64,000 nucleotides of DNA from Azolla caroliniana. Taxonomy: Eukaryota; Plantae; Polypodiophyta. This document shows positions 1 through 11,405 of the stretch, in pieces. Position numbers and translations under genes: made by a program. Each line of letters begins with the position of its first letter. Within the stretch, counting starts at the first letter, position 1. Below the pieces are notes generated by a model, which was given only the letters and a program-made list of their open reading frames with translations, did not search any database and was not told the origin of the DNA. The stretch covers positions 12,090,001 to 12,154,000 of the forward strand of contig JBHGNT010000012.1 in assembly GCA_043228905.1 (NCBI GenBank), read 5' to 3'.

Positions 1-1708
1 AGGCGTTTGAAGAAGAGCTAAAGAGGATTCCTCCAAGGCGACGCGAAGGGGATTCGAAGATTGGGTGGAGACGCTGGACAAGGGATTGAAGGTCGTTGAT
101 GTGTTTTCGGCATTCGAAAGCCGGTTCGGGAGGTTGTCCGCGAGAGATCAAGCTATCCTCGTACCAAACAAGGTGATCATGTTCTTGCGAGCCGTGGACG
201 TCTGGGACCGGAAAGATCTCGGAGTGCTCTTGGAGGACATGACCACGGAGAGTGGCCTCACCGAAACATGGGAAAGCGTGCGGGATATCGTCGCGCGATA
301 CACGAAGAGGGGGCAATGGCTTGCCAACGAGGAAAAGAGGGTTTTGGAACCGATTCCGAAACCGAGAACCGGATTGGAAGACCATCAACGGAGGGCTCGG
401 GAGACTACAACCGAGAAGGGGATTGATGCATCTACGGTGGAGCAACTATTGAAGGAGATGGAGAATCTAAAGATCGCGATGGTGAAGAAGTCGGATGACC
501 GCCCCACAAGCTCCAAGTATACGGACCGACGGTGCATATGGTGCGATAGCACCAAACACAATCGGAGGGATTGCGACGAGCATAAGGAGGCGCTACGGCG
601 GGATCTCATCTACTACGAGGGAAACCGGATTCATTCGATGGAGTCTCGGAATCCACTCCGACCGAAGTTCCGGAAAGGCGGCATGAAGAAGGTGCTCGAG
701 GTGGAATTGGCGGCAAGAAGCAACTATGCGACAACCGCGGGAATATGTGTCGGGGAGTCATCGAGAGCAAAGACGTCTTTTTGGCCGGAAGTTCTAGAAA
801 ACACCTAGAAAACCGACTCCAACGAGATCCAAAGCACCGCAGAAGGCATCCGGGAAGCTACGGGATGGGAGTGCCCTGTCGACAAGAATAGCGTATACGC
901 CCTGTGTTAATTGCATAAGGTGTATGTGGACGAGAAACGACAACGCACGGAGGATGCGGGCGGGCCATCGAAGATACCGGAAAGCTGGAACTCCGGAGGT
1001 AAGGGAAAAGAAAAGGCAACTCCGGCATTCAAGCTCGCCTCGTACATAGAACAACAAACCGACTTGAAAAGAGTGTTCGATTGCTCGCTTCGGGAGCTAC
1101 TCGGAATAGCAAAGAAGGAGTTCCACGATCTTCTCGTGGATCTCGTGAAGCGAAAAAGACAAAGTACGGAGGAAAATGCTCCAAGGGCGAATGCGAACAC
1201 CGTTTTAATGAACGACGCCGAAATTCCGAACTCCCACTATACAAGGCCACATTGGGCACGCGCGACTACGGAGACTCCGGTCCGAATCGGCAACATCAAA
1301 GAACCCGTGCTAGCATTGATTGATCACGGATCGGAGATCAACTTGATGTCCAAGGAGTTCTACCGGAAGGGGAAGTGGCCTATTAACACCAACCATGGAT
1401 GGAAGATTCGGGTGGCCACCAAAGCAACGGAAGATCTATTTGCGGCTTGTCCGGATGTGACGGTGAAGATCCGGGATGTCGAGATCGACCAAAATTTCTT
1501 CGTGCAAGATGAGGTTTCACATTCCGTCATCCTTGGCCAACCCTTTATCACGGCATCACGGATGGAGACAAAGGTGCTCGATAGCGGTGCGGCTTTTGCG
1601 CGAATTCGGAGCCAAAACGGTGGGAAATCTGTCCAATTCCTAATGGTGCCGGCAAATCACGAAAGGAAAAAGAGGGAACTCTTGCCCCAAGTGAGAATGG
1701 ATTTTTAA
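1..1708 (+). pseudogene. gag: A1 gag-protease ORF with premature stops
   Basis: ORFs 65-808 and 911-1708 share a frame and are split by stops; CCHC knuckle and aspartic protease. Confidence 0.9.
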
Positions 1709-4700
1709 AGCAGACTGTTGCGGAGTGGGGAAGTGATAGTCCGAGAAGCCCTGATACCCCACACAGGAAGAAAACTCTCGGAGCAAAACATGTACGAATC
1801 GGTCCGGATGGGGCATCTACATACACGACCGTAACCGGAGGATTGAAGAAAGGATACCGACAAGTGGAGGATAAGTTTCGGTCGGCATCAATAATAAAAG
1901 AAGATGAAGAAATCGTGGGGATAGTCGAAGAAGTGTTCTATGGGAGCATGCTACAACGACTTGAAGAGCTTGCGGAAGATAAAAGCCAAGGGAACCGGGT
2001 AGTCCCGGTGGAATCGGTCGAGATGTACGAGATCATTGGGAAAATGGAGCCGGATACGCTCCGCAAAGAAGAAGCAAATGTAAGTACGAAATACAAGATA
2101 GTGGAGAAGAAGGTGAAACCGGCTGCGGGACCACTACCCGCCGATAGCGAACAAAAGAGGAAAGAAGTCTCGGGAGATCCAACACTTCGGAAGTCCGTGG
2201 ATATCGTACATGCCTTCACGGATGAGACCCGGAAGAAACTTCGGATCGGTGGAGGTGGGTTCCTATTACAAAAAGAAGAAGAACGGTTTCGTGAGATGTT
2301 GGAGCAACACGGCAATGCGTTTGCATTTACATCAAGGGAGATAGGGTGCGTCGATCCGAGAATAGTGGAGCCGATGGTGATCTTCACGATTGACCATGTA
2401 CCGTGGAACCTGAAGCCGATTCCGGTGCCACGAGTGCATATTCCGAAAGTCATTGACTTGCTCAAGGAGAAGGTGGCGATGGGGATTCTAGAGCCATCAA
2501 CTGCTCCGTACTCAAATCGATGGTTTACGGTTCCGAAGAAGAATGTGTCACTCTGATTTATCCAAGACTTGCAACCGGTGAATAAGGTCACGATCCGGAA
2601 CTCAGGAGTCGGTCCGATAGTGGACGAATTTGCGGAAGCTTCTGCCGGTCGTGCGATATACTCCATCGGAGACCTATACTCGGGGTATGACCAATTCCAA
2701 CTAGCCGTGGAGAGCCGAGACATCACAACCATGCGAACACCGATAGGATTAGTCCGAATGTGCACACTACCACAAGGAGCGACAAACTCGGTTGCTCATA
2801 TGATGAACGCGATGAACAAGGTGCTTCGAGACTGCATTCCGGAGATAACGATGCCGTTCCTCGATGACATTCCGATGAAAGGATGCGCGGTAGAAGAAAA
2901 AGATGAGACTATGGATGATCGGGGATGCTGAAAGTTCGTGGTCGACCATATTCATGATTGCGAGAAAGTGTTGCGAAAGCTAGAAGATATGCACCTAACA
3001 CTTTCCGGTGAGAAATCGGCATTCGGGCAAGAAGAAATATTGGTGGTCGGACATCTATGTGGGCCCTACGGCCGAAGACCGTCACCAACAAAGATCGATG
3101 CGATTCAAGCTATGGAGGAAGTATGCGAGTCAACATCCGAAGTCCGAAGGTTTCTCGGTGCATGTACATTCTATCACATATGGATTCCGCACTATGCACA
3201 TATAGCGGACTCGCTCTACCACTTGTTGCGGAAAGGTAAGAAATTCGAATGGAAACTGGAACACACCAAAGCCATGAAGAAATTAAAGAAGACACTTCGG
3301 AGGGCGGAAGCGCTTAAGAAGCCGAGCTACGACCGACCGATCATAGTAACGGTTGACACAAGTCCAACCGGTATCGGGTGGGTCATCAATCAAGCCGACT
3401 CGGATGGTTCGCGGTATCCGATCCGATTCGGAGCAAAGGTTCTCAACGAAAGGCAACGTGGATATGCACAAGTCAAAAGAGAACCGTGGGGAGTCGTGTC
3501 GGCGATAAAATTGGATCGGGATTATTTGATCGGAGCCGAAGTGGTGATCGAGACGGATTGTCTTCCGATACTCGGGATGATGCGGTGTTGTACGATACCG
3601 GATGTAGCTATGCTAAGGTGGATTGCATATGTCAAGTCACTTAATCCGGAGGTTCGACACATCTCGGGGAAGGACAACGCGGTAGCGGATATGTTATCAA
3701 GGGCTCAGTTCGGAGACGACATAACTGAATGGATAATGAAGAAGTTTCCGAAGACTACTTCGCGTCGGAGCACATATGCCGAGTGAACGTAATCCGAGAA
3801 TTCCGGGAAGAAGAATACGAGGGAGAAAGCTTGATGATCGGAAAGATGTTACAAGAGGCTGAGGATTCAACAAACGATAAAGGAAGAAGAGCCGAGATCC
3901 GAAGGAAGAAGAGGCAAGTCGAAAAGTTCTTCTTGGAAAACGGATTAATATGGAGGGTGCTGAAAAGACCGGATGGTATACCACTTCCAGTAGTCGGGAC
4001 AAAAGAGCAACGAAACTGGATAATGTCCGAGTTTCACGAATCCGATTGGGCTGGACACCGAGGAACATGGGCAACATTTGTGAAGATCAAGCAAAAATAT
4101 TGGTGGAAGAAAATGTACAAAGATGTTGCGGAGTTCACGGAAAGCTGCGAGAAATGTCAAGTCTACTCCGGGGTTCGACATCGAGATGAGTTACATCCGA
4201 CATTCTCACCGACAATCAACTTCAAGTGGATGGTCGACATAGTAGCCATGCCGACCGGGATCGGACAAAAGAAATACTTGGTATTAGCTCGGGATCACGA
4301 ATCAAGTAGAAGGTCGAGCGCTTCAGAGGAAAACGTGTTCCGCGGTATGCGAATTTCTTTTGGAGGAAGTATTTTGCAGGTACGGGTGCGTAGGACAAGT
4401 GATTGCAGACCGGGGAGAACTCGACTCGGACAAAGCTAGGGGATTCTTCGCCAAACACGGAGTTCGGTTAACGCTGACAACGGCATACAATCCGGAGGCC
4501 AATGGGAAAATCGAACGAGGACATAGTCCGATCGTGAAAGCACTTGCGACTGGCCGCAGATGCTTCTGTATGCACTATGGGCGGATCGGACGACGCATAG
4601 CTCCGTAACCGGTTACATGCCGGCAGAACTCATGACCGGACAAGCACCGGTAATGCCGACGGAAACCGCGATCGCAACATGGACAGTGCTACCGTGGAAG

Positions 4701-5144
4701 GAAGAGATGAGCCGGGAAGAACTACGAGCGGTCCGGATACGACAACTAGAGGGAAGACCGGCAGACATAGCGGAAGCAATACGCCGACAACAAGAAGCAC
4801 GATTCCGGAACAAAAGCTGGTTCGACACAAAGCAACGACTACGACCGAGGAGGATTGAAGAAGGAGATTGGGTGATTATCTATGACAGTAGTTTGGACCA
4901 TCAACGTACAACGATGCGGAAATTCGCGAAAAGGTGGTTCGGGCCATACGAGGTTTGGAAAGTCTTCGACAACGGAACGTACCGACTGTCCGAGTTGGAT
5001 GGAACAATACTACAAGTGCCTATAGCCGGGAAGTGGGTGAAGATTTTCAAGAAGCGGACCGACGACAAACCCTATGTGATCCAAGCCAAGGCCGACAACG
5101 AGGAGCAATCGGACGAAGACCACGGTGATGCGGGAAGCGAATAA
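1699..5144 (+). pseudogene. pol: A1 pol (RT-RNaseH-integrase), -1 frame relative to gag, several stops and frameshifts
   Basis: ORF pieces 1843-2556, 2569-2931, 2938-3786, 3729-4439, 4360-4608 and 4560-5144 carry consecutive pol motifs. Confidence 0.92.
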
Positions 5145-5266
5145 AGTGAATTACAACTCATAGTCGACATAAGGGGAGAATCGGAGGAAGTTTTTGGTGA
5201 AGACGGATATGAGGAATCGAGAACTTCGGCACATACCGGAGGACGTGCGGGCTCGGAGGGGGCGAG

Positions 5267-5970
5267 TGTCGTAGTGTATTCCACACACTACGTGAAAACC
5301 ATAAAATAATATATCCGAATTTAGATACATATAAATAAATAAATAATATGTCAAAATATTTATCACGTGCATAGGGCAAGATTCAAACCCTACACCTCCA
5401 CGTAGATAAACTTCAACTTTACCATTGAAATAACTTATCTTTAGTGTTATACATATAGATTTAATACGTATAAGACCTTTATTTACACATACCTTTATTA
5501 AAAGGTAAAAATCATGTATTCTTTAGGGTGTGAATATTTTATTTACACGTGACATTAAAAGTGACTCACGCACATCTAGCGTGCATGAGCCCTATACTTA
5601 GGAAATGACAAAGCATCACATGCACATTTAGTGTGCATGGACACTTTTTGTGAAAAAGCATGAAGCCATGCTTAGCCTCTTCCATCTTTATATAAGGAGG
5701 AGAGAAATATGTATAAGGTTGTTGATTAATATACAAGGATTGATCAATCTATTATATTCGTGGGATTCACGAATTTGGCCATCTAAATTACTCTTATAAT
5801 CTAAATATTGTTTTAAATACACTAAACTCATGGGATTCACGAGATTGCTATCTTACTTCTCTTTCCACTGTTCATAACTAGCCTTAAGTTGTATTCCTCT
5901 TCCTCCTAGTAAAAAACCTTGGCGGTTCCCACCCGACTCACGCAACGATCCGGAGCCGAAAGGCACGACA
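5267..5970 (+). repeat. A1 3' LTR (704 bp)
   Basis: TGTCGT...ACGACA termini, preceded by GGAGGGGGCGAG, TATA-like near 5690, followed by CCGG and resumption of a family B integrase. Confidence 0.9.
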
Positions 5971-8900
5971 CCGGTAACCGGTACGTGATCGTCGCGACGG
6001 ATTACTGCACTAAGTGGGTGGAAGCGAAAGCCCTACGAGACAACACCGCGGTGTCAACAGCGAAATTCTTATACCAATGCATTTGGTGCCGGTACGAATG
6101 CCCCATAGAGCTGATAAGCGACCAAGGAGGGCACTTTCTTGGACAGGTGGTAGAAAGTTTGACGACGTTCTATGCGGTAGTACATAAACGAAGCACACCG
6201 TACTATCCGCAAGCAAACGGGTTAGCTGAGTCGATGAACAAAACGCTCCAGAATATCCTCCGGAAAATCGTTAACGAAAACCGGACGAATTGGGATACGA
6301 AGCTGCATAGTGCGCTCTAGGCCTACCAGACAACGTACAAAACAAGCATCCGAACAACACCGTTCCGGTTAGCATTCAAATTAGAGGCAGTCATGCCGGT
6401 CGAGTTCCAGGTACCAAGCTTACGGATTCAGATTCGGGAACGACTGAATGAAAAGGAATCGGAGGCAATTCGGTTAAAGGCTCTGTGTGAACTAGAAGAA
6501 CACCGATTGGTGAGCATCATGCACCTAGAATTGGAACAACGACGACGGAAAGAATTTGTAGATCGACACTGGAAGGGAAACGAGAAAATGTTTGAAATCG
6601 GCAAGCCGGTACTAGTGTTCCAAACCCGGATGGGTAAAATGCTAGGCAAACTACGGTTTGGATGGACTGGACTGTACTGGATCACACGCGAGTTCAATGG
6701 ATCCTACCAGTTAGGGACACTTGCTAGCGAGGTGCAGAGTAAATGGGTCAACGGATTTAGACTAAAACCATACAAAGCACCTATGCCCAAGAACCCATTT
6801 GAACGAAGGGCCGCCACGGAATCAGACGCCGGCAGGCCAAGCACGACGGCAAACTGTGAGGAAAACGGCTACCACCAAGCCGGTAAGGGGGAGCACGAGC
6901 CAGCAACCGGGGAAAGCATAACGACGACAAACCGTCAAGAGGCCGGTATGGTGCACGTTTTGGGTAAGGGACCGACAGGACTGGAGAAAAATTAAGCACA
7001 CAATTTACTTTACAAAAAAAAAAAACAAAAAAAAGGAGAGAATCAAATAAATCATGGAAAGGAGTGGTGGAAACGGCCATGCAAACGAGGAGTAAAGAGG
7101 CACGTCGAAAAGGTACGAGGGGCTATGAATAGGACATTTAACCACCGCCACATGGCACGCAAGGCTATTATAGTACACGACCTGCACATGCAGAGGCTCG
7201 AAAAAGGCGCCAAGATGCAGAGAGAAAAACCCCCACGCATCGAGACCTTCTCCTATCGCGAACGAAGGAGAACAGACGCAGACAGACGCGTGAAGATTAA
7301 TCGCAGAGAGCTCGCACACAGAGAACCCCCTCCCTCAGAAGTTTCTCTCTCACACTCTCCCCACCACCAAACCTCGCCAACGCTCTCCGACCTCGACGTA
7401 GAGATGGACTACCAAACGTTGTCTGAAGCCGCCAAGAAGAAATGGCTACGACAACACGGACTGGAGGGTTTCTTAACGATCATGGAGGTGGTGCCACACA
7501 AGGAGGCCGAAAAGATCATCAAAGAAATCGACACAGAAGTGATCACGGAGGAGGTGATTCGTGCATTAATAGGCCTTCCGGAAGGAGGCATCTACACGAT
7601 CGACAATCCTACCTCTGAGCAACTCATCAAATATTTCAGTCAGTACTCTCTAGCCAGGAAGGGCTACAAGACATAGGGCGGCGAAGATATGCTATTCCGC
7701 GAAATTGCCTGTGTGCTCCATGAGTTTGGCCACGTGTACCCTCGACCCCCCGTCATGCCTCAGAATCGAGCAGGCTTGATCATCGCAACGTACGAAGGGG
7801 TCAAGGTAGATTGGTCGGTGTTGATCGCCGACGGGCTATGTACGACCATTGATATAGTAAGAGGAAAGGATGGCAAGGAAGGCTGGAAAATATGGCATGC
7901 GGTGACACAATGGCTCACCCTGTTGGCGCCACCGGTTGAGCCCGTTCAAACCAAGAAGCGGGGAAGAGCAACGGACGACACCCCGAAACCTGCTTCGAAA
8001 CGGCAACAATTGTTGGCCTCCAAGGCCACTAAGGGGAAGACGGCCGACGCAAAGAAGGCGACAAAGGAGTGTGCCAGCCAGAAGCGGCCGACAGATGCAA
8101 GTGAGGATACACCGGCACGGCCCCTGAAGAGCCCACTCCACCGACTGATGCAACAGGAAACAGACACCATGGCAGCAAGAATGAATGCCGGGACTCAGGC
8201 GGAAGAAATGGAGGAAGAACCCACGGAGCACCTCTAGCGGTGGCCGGTGAAGAGCACCGCTGAATCAGCCGGGAAGCGTTCGGACCCACAGAAGGATGGA
8301 ACGCCTGCAACTGACGCTGAGCATCCCACGCCAAGGGTGGTACCAGAACCGGTTCGGATGGAACCGGTCACGGAAGTCCTTGCACAACAGGCAGCACCGG
8401 CAAGCCCCGTAACTCAAGAGCCGGATATACAAAGACCAACCTTCCTAGCCGACCAAGAACAAGCAGACAAGGGGCGACTAGCCGAAACACACTCAGAGCC
8501 GGAATGGCAAAGTGGTCAGTTGGCAGAACCAGAACCGCAGCTCGACGCAGTAAGGCGGGACCAGTCACCGGCGAGTGAACCCATCAACCAACTCTCTATG
8601 CAAGCGCAACAACAGTGCACCGGCAGCCAATGGCTCCAGTGGATAGGGGAACAAATTTCCGGAGTAGTCAGATGCATAGAGGCGGAGGAAAGAGCGCAAA
8701 CGGAACGGTTGCTCGTCACAACCGATGAACTGGAGACGGCCTAGTCAAGGATCCGGTGCCTCGAACAAGACTTGGATCGGAATACCGAAGACATGGCCAA
8801 AAAGGCCCTAACCGCGACGCAGATCCAAGCATTGGTGACTCTGGTTGATGTACAGAGGAATAAGACCCCGGAGACACAAACTGTTTCGGAGAAAGATGCG

Positions 8901-10320
8901 GCGCAAGCCCAATAGCTTGCAGAATTTCGAGATGAGCTCGCTAATTAAAAAAGACTGTTGAGAACCTTCTCCGGGCAGAGGAAAACCTGCGTAAAGGACA
9001 TCATGCTTATGACCGGCTGAAGGAGGAAAAAGAGAAATTGCTGCAGGAAAAAGACAAGCTGCGACGGATGGCGGAGACGGAAATCGAGAGGCCGAAGAAA
9101 GAGCTCCGTCAATAGAAGGACCGGGAGGATTGCGCGCGCCGGCAGATCAACCAGAGGCTGAAGCAGAAGATTGATGATTTTGATCATCTGCATCGGGACT
9201 ACAAGCAGTTGGAGACGGAGTATAAGCAGCAGCAGGAACGGATGGCCGAGCTCCGACAGCAGGGCCACAACGGCACTCGCCGAAGAACAAGCGGAAAGTT
9301 CCAGGCTATTGGAGGAAGCGGCGAATGACCGGATGGAGCTTCAGAAACAGAACCATGAAGACAAGGAAAGAGCGACAATGGTATTACAGAGGTTGCAAAC
9401 AACCTATCAAAATCAATTGTCGCATTATAGGGATCAGGAGGCGGACACGGTTCGGATCATCAAGCAATTGAAGGAAGAGCGACAAGCCGCAGAAAATAAA
9501 TCACAGATGGGAGCCGCACGGATCCAGTGCATCTTCCGGTCATGGCTCACTAAGAACAAAAGCTTGATTGACGACAACTCTGTGCGTTGGTGGGCGAAAT
9601 GGGCGCAGAATACGGAGGAACTCCAATTGCTTAGGGCGGACGTGGAAAACCGGCGAAAGGAGGGCGATGACTGTTATACGCTGACCTTGGAGGACTTCAC
9701 CACCATAAGGGATGAGCTGGCCGAAGATTTCACAACCTTGGCGGATGAACAACTTGTACAGGTCCGGCAGCTCGTAGCCCAACTGGACGACGATCAGCTG
9801 GAGGCTCAAATCCAGTTCGAGAGCTATGAGCGGTCCCGGCTGCGGGAAGAAAAAGAGAGAAAGGCGGCAATGGTCAACCTTAGTGATGAGGAACCGTCAC
9901 CGGTGCAAGGAGCAGACGGGGACCAGGCCGGGGTCAGTCAGCCACAAACAACTCCAACGGAGGAACCAACAAAGGAGATGCCGGTGCCAGAGCAACAAAC
10001 GGAGCCGCAACCCCAAGCGGAGAAGGCACAAACGGAGCAGCAGCCACAGCCACAAACGAAACAGCAACAGCAACAACAACAACAGATTCCCGACAAACCA
10101 TTGGAAATTTTGAGGCAAAGCATTCTGGACATTTTGGACGAAGTGTAAAAGGGCCGACTAATGGGTTAGACGTACAAGGTACTGTCCCACGGGCGTGCCA
10201 TGTGTTACCGGTTGGCAAGAAGGCTTAAGGAGGTCCAAATCAGAGTGTAAAAAGGAATAGTTTCTTCGGGAATTGTTGTAATTAGTAATCTTAATATAGA
10301 TATTAATATATGAGAAGATG
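5971..10320 (+). mobile_element. Gypsy family B copy B1 (integrase, extra ORF, partial 3' LTR), degenerate
   Basis: Integrase DYCTKWVEA/SDQGGHF/PQANG nearly identical to B2; ORF3 homolog; 3' tRNA-like motif at 10184-10200; LTR starts TGTTACC at 10203. Confidence 0.9.
7404..10148 (+). pseudogene. B1 extra ORF3 (coiled-coil protein), broken by stops and frameshifts
   Basis: Pieces 7404-7676, 7689-8237, 8247-8744 and 9171-10148 are colinear with B2 ORF3 (YEGVKVDW, QWLTLLAPP, LRADVENRRKEG, QSILDIL). Confidence 0.85.
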
Positions 10321-10329
10321 TGGACAGAC

Positions 10330-11370
10330 GGACCGGAAATGACGGGTCGTAAGCCGAAACGACACGACCGAATAGCAATGATTGGTGACCAATAGAGATG
10401 GAGAGATGGAGAAACGGTGAGCGAAGGCTGGAAAGATAGTGATGGCAAGACGGGCCGGATGGATAGGCGCCAGACAGGGATGATAGAGAAGTCGGTGCAA
10501 CGTCTGGATAGGCGCCAGACAGGGATGATAGAGAAGTCGGTGCAACCTCTGGATAGGCGGCCGGAGACGGAGCCAAAGATAGAGATAAAGATGGCGACGA
10601 CGCAAGACACCGGCGACCGGATGACGGTCCAAACGGTGACAAAGATGGATGGCCGACAGAGGAAACGGACGACGATGACGATTGCCGGACAAGGCCAAGC
10701 GATGGAAATGACGATGACAATGGCAACAGAGATGGCAACGATGATGGAGACATCGACAGCCAACTAGCAGTAGGCAGAGGGCACCTACGAAATTTCGAAA
10801 ACTCATCAACCTAAAAGAAATGGATGTGATCGACACACAACTCACAAAATCAACAAAAGGAAGATACACATACACACAACGTTTTTGGACCCATGATATC
10901 AATGTTCATGAACCGACATAACAAGAATGTTCGTGTCGATGAAGTCGCTGACCGAAGGAGATATTCGAGTCAAGCGCTCCGATCGAGGGAGTCGATCGTT
11001 GAAAAGACCGATGGAAGTTCCGGTCGAAGAAATATCATCATCAAAGCATGTGGGATCTGCGTGCAAGGCACTTTCCCACGGGCGTGCCATATTGTGTTAC
11101 CCTGTATGAGATGTATGGAGAGTCAAGTGTGATGAGTGAGGGTCGAATGTTATCATGATGTTGTTGTGTATGTGTAGGGGGCATAAATGTAATTGTGAGT
11201 CTATACGTATGTGAACACATGCACACGTGTGTGCATGTGGATGGATACGAGGAGGTGTGAGTGTCCAGTATGAATGCTCTAGGGGGCTTACACCCCTTTG
11301 TATCTACCCCTCTTGTACTATTTAACCCCTTATGGGGAATGAATGAAACATGAATGATCATTTTCTCTCT

Positions 11371-11405
<35 letters not shown>

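Larger units (their letters stand above)
1..5970 (+). mobile_element. Gypsy family A copy A1, 5'-truncated by the window edge, degenerate
   Basis: gag with CIWCDSTKHNRRDC knuckle, protease LIDHGSEIN, RT (LYSGYDQF, LPQGATNSV, PFLDDI), RNase H (VDTSPTGIG, ETDCLP), integrase (H..GH..CEKC, WMVDI, DRGE, PEANGKIER, WFGPY), G-rich PPT and 3' LTR. Confidence 0.95.
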
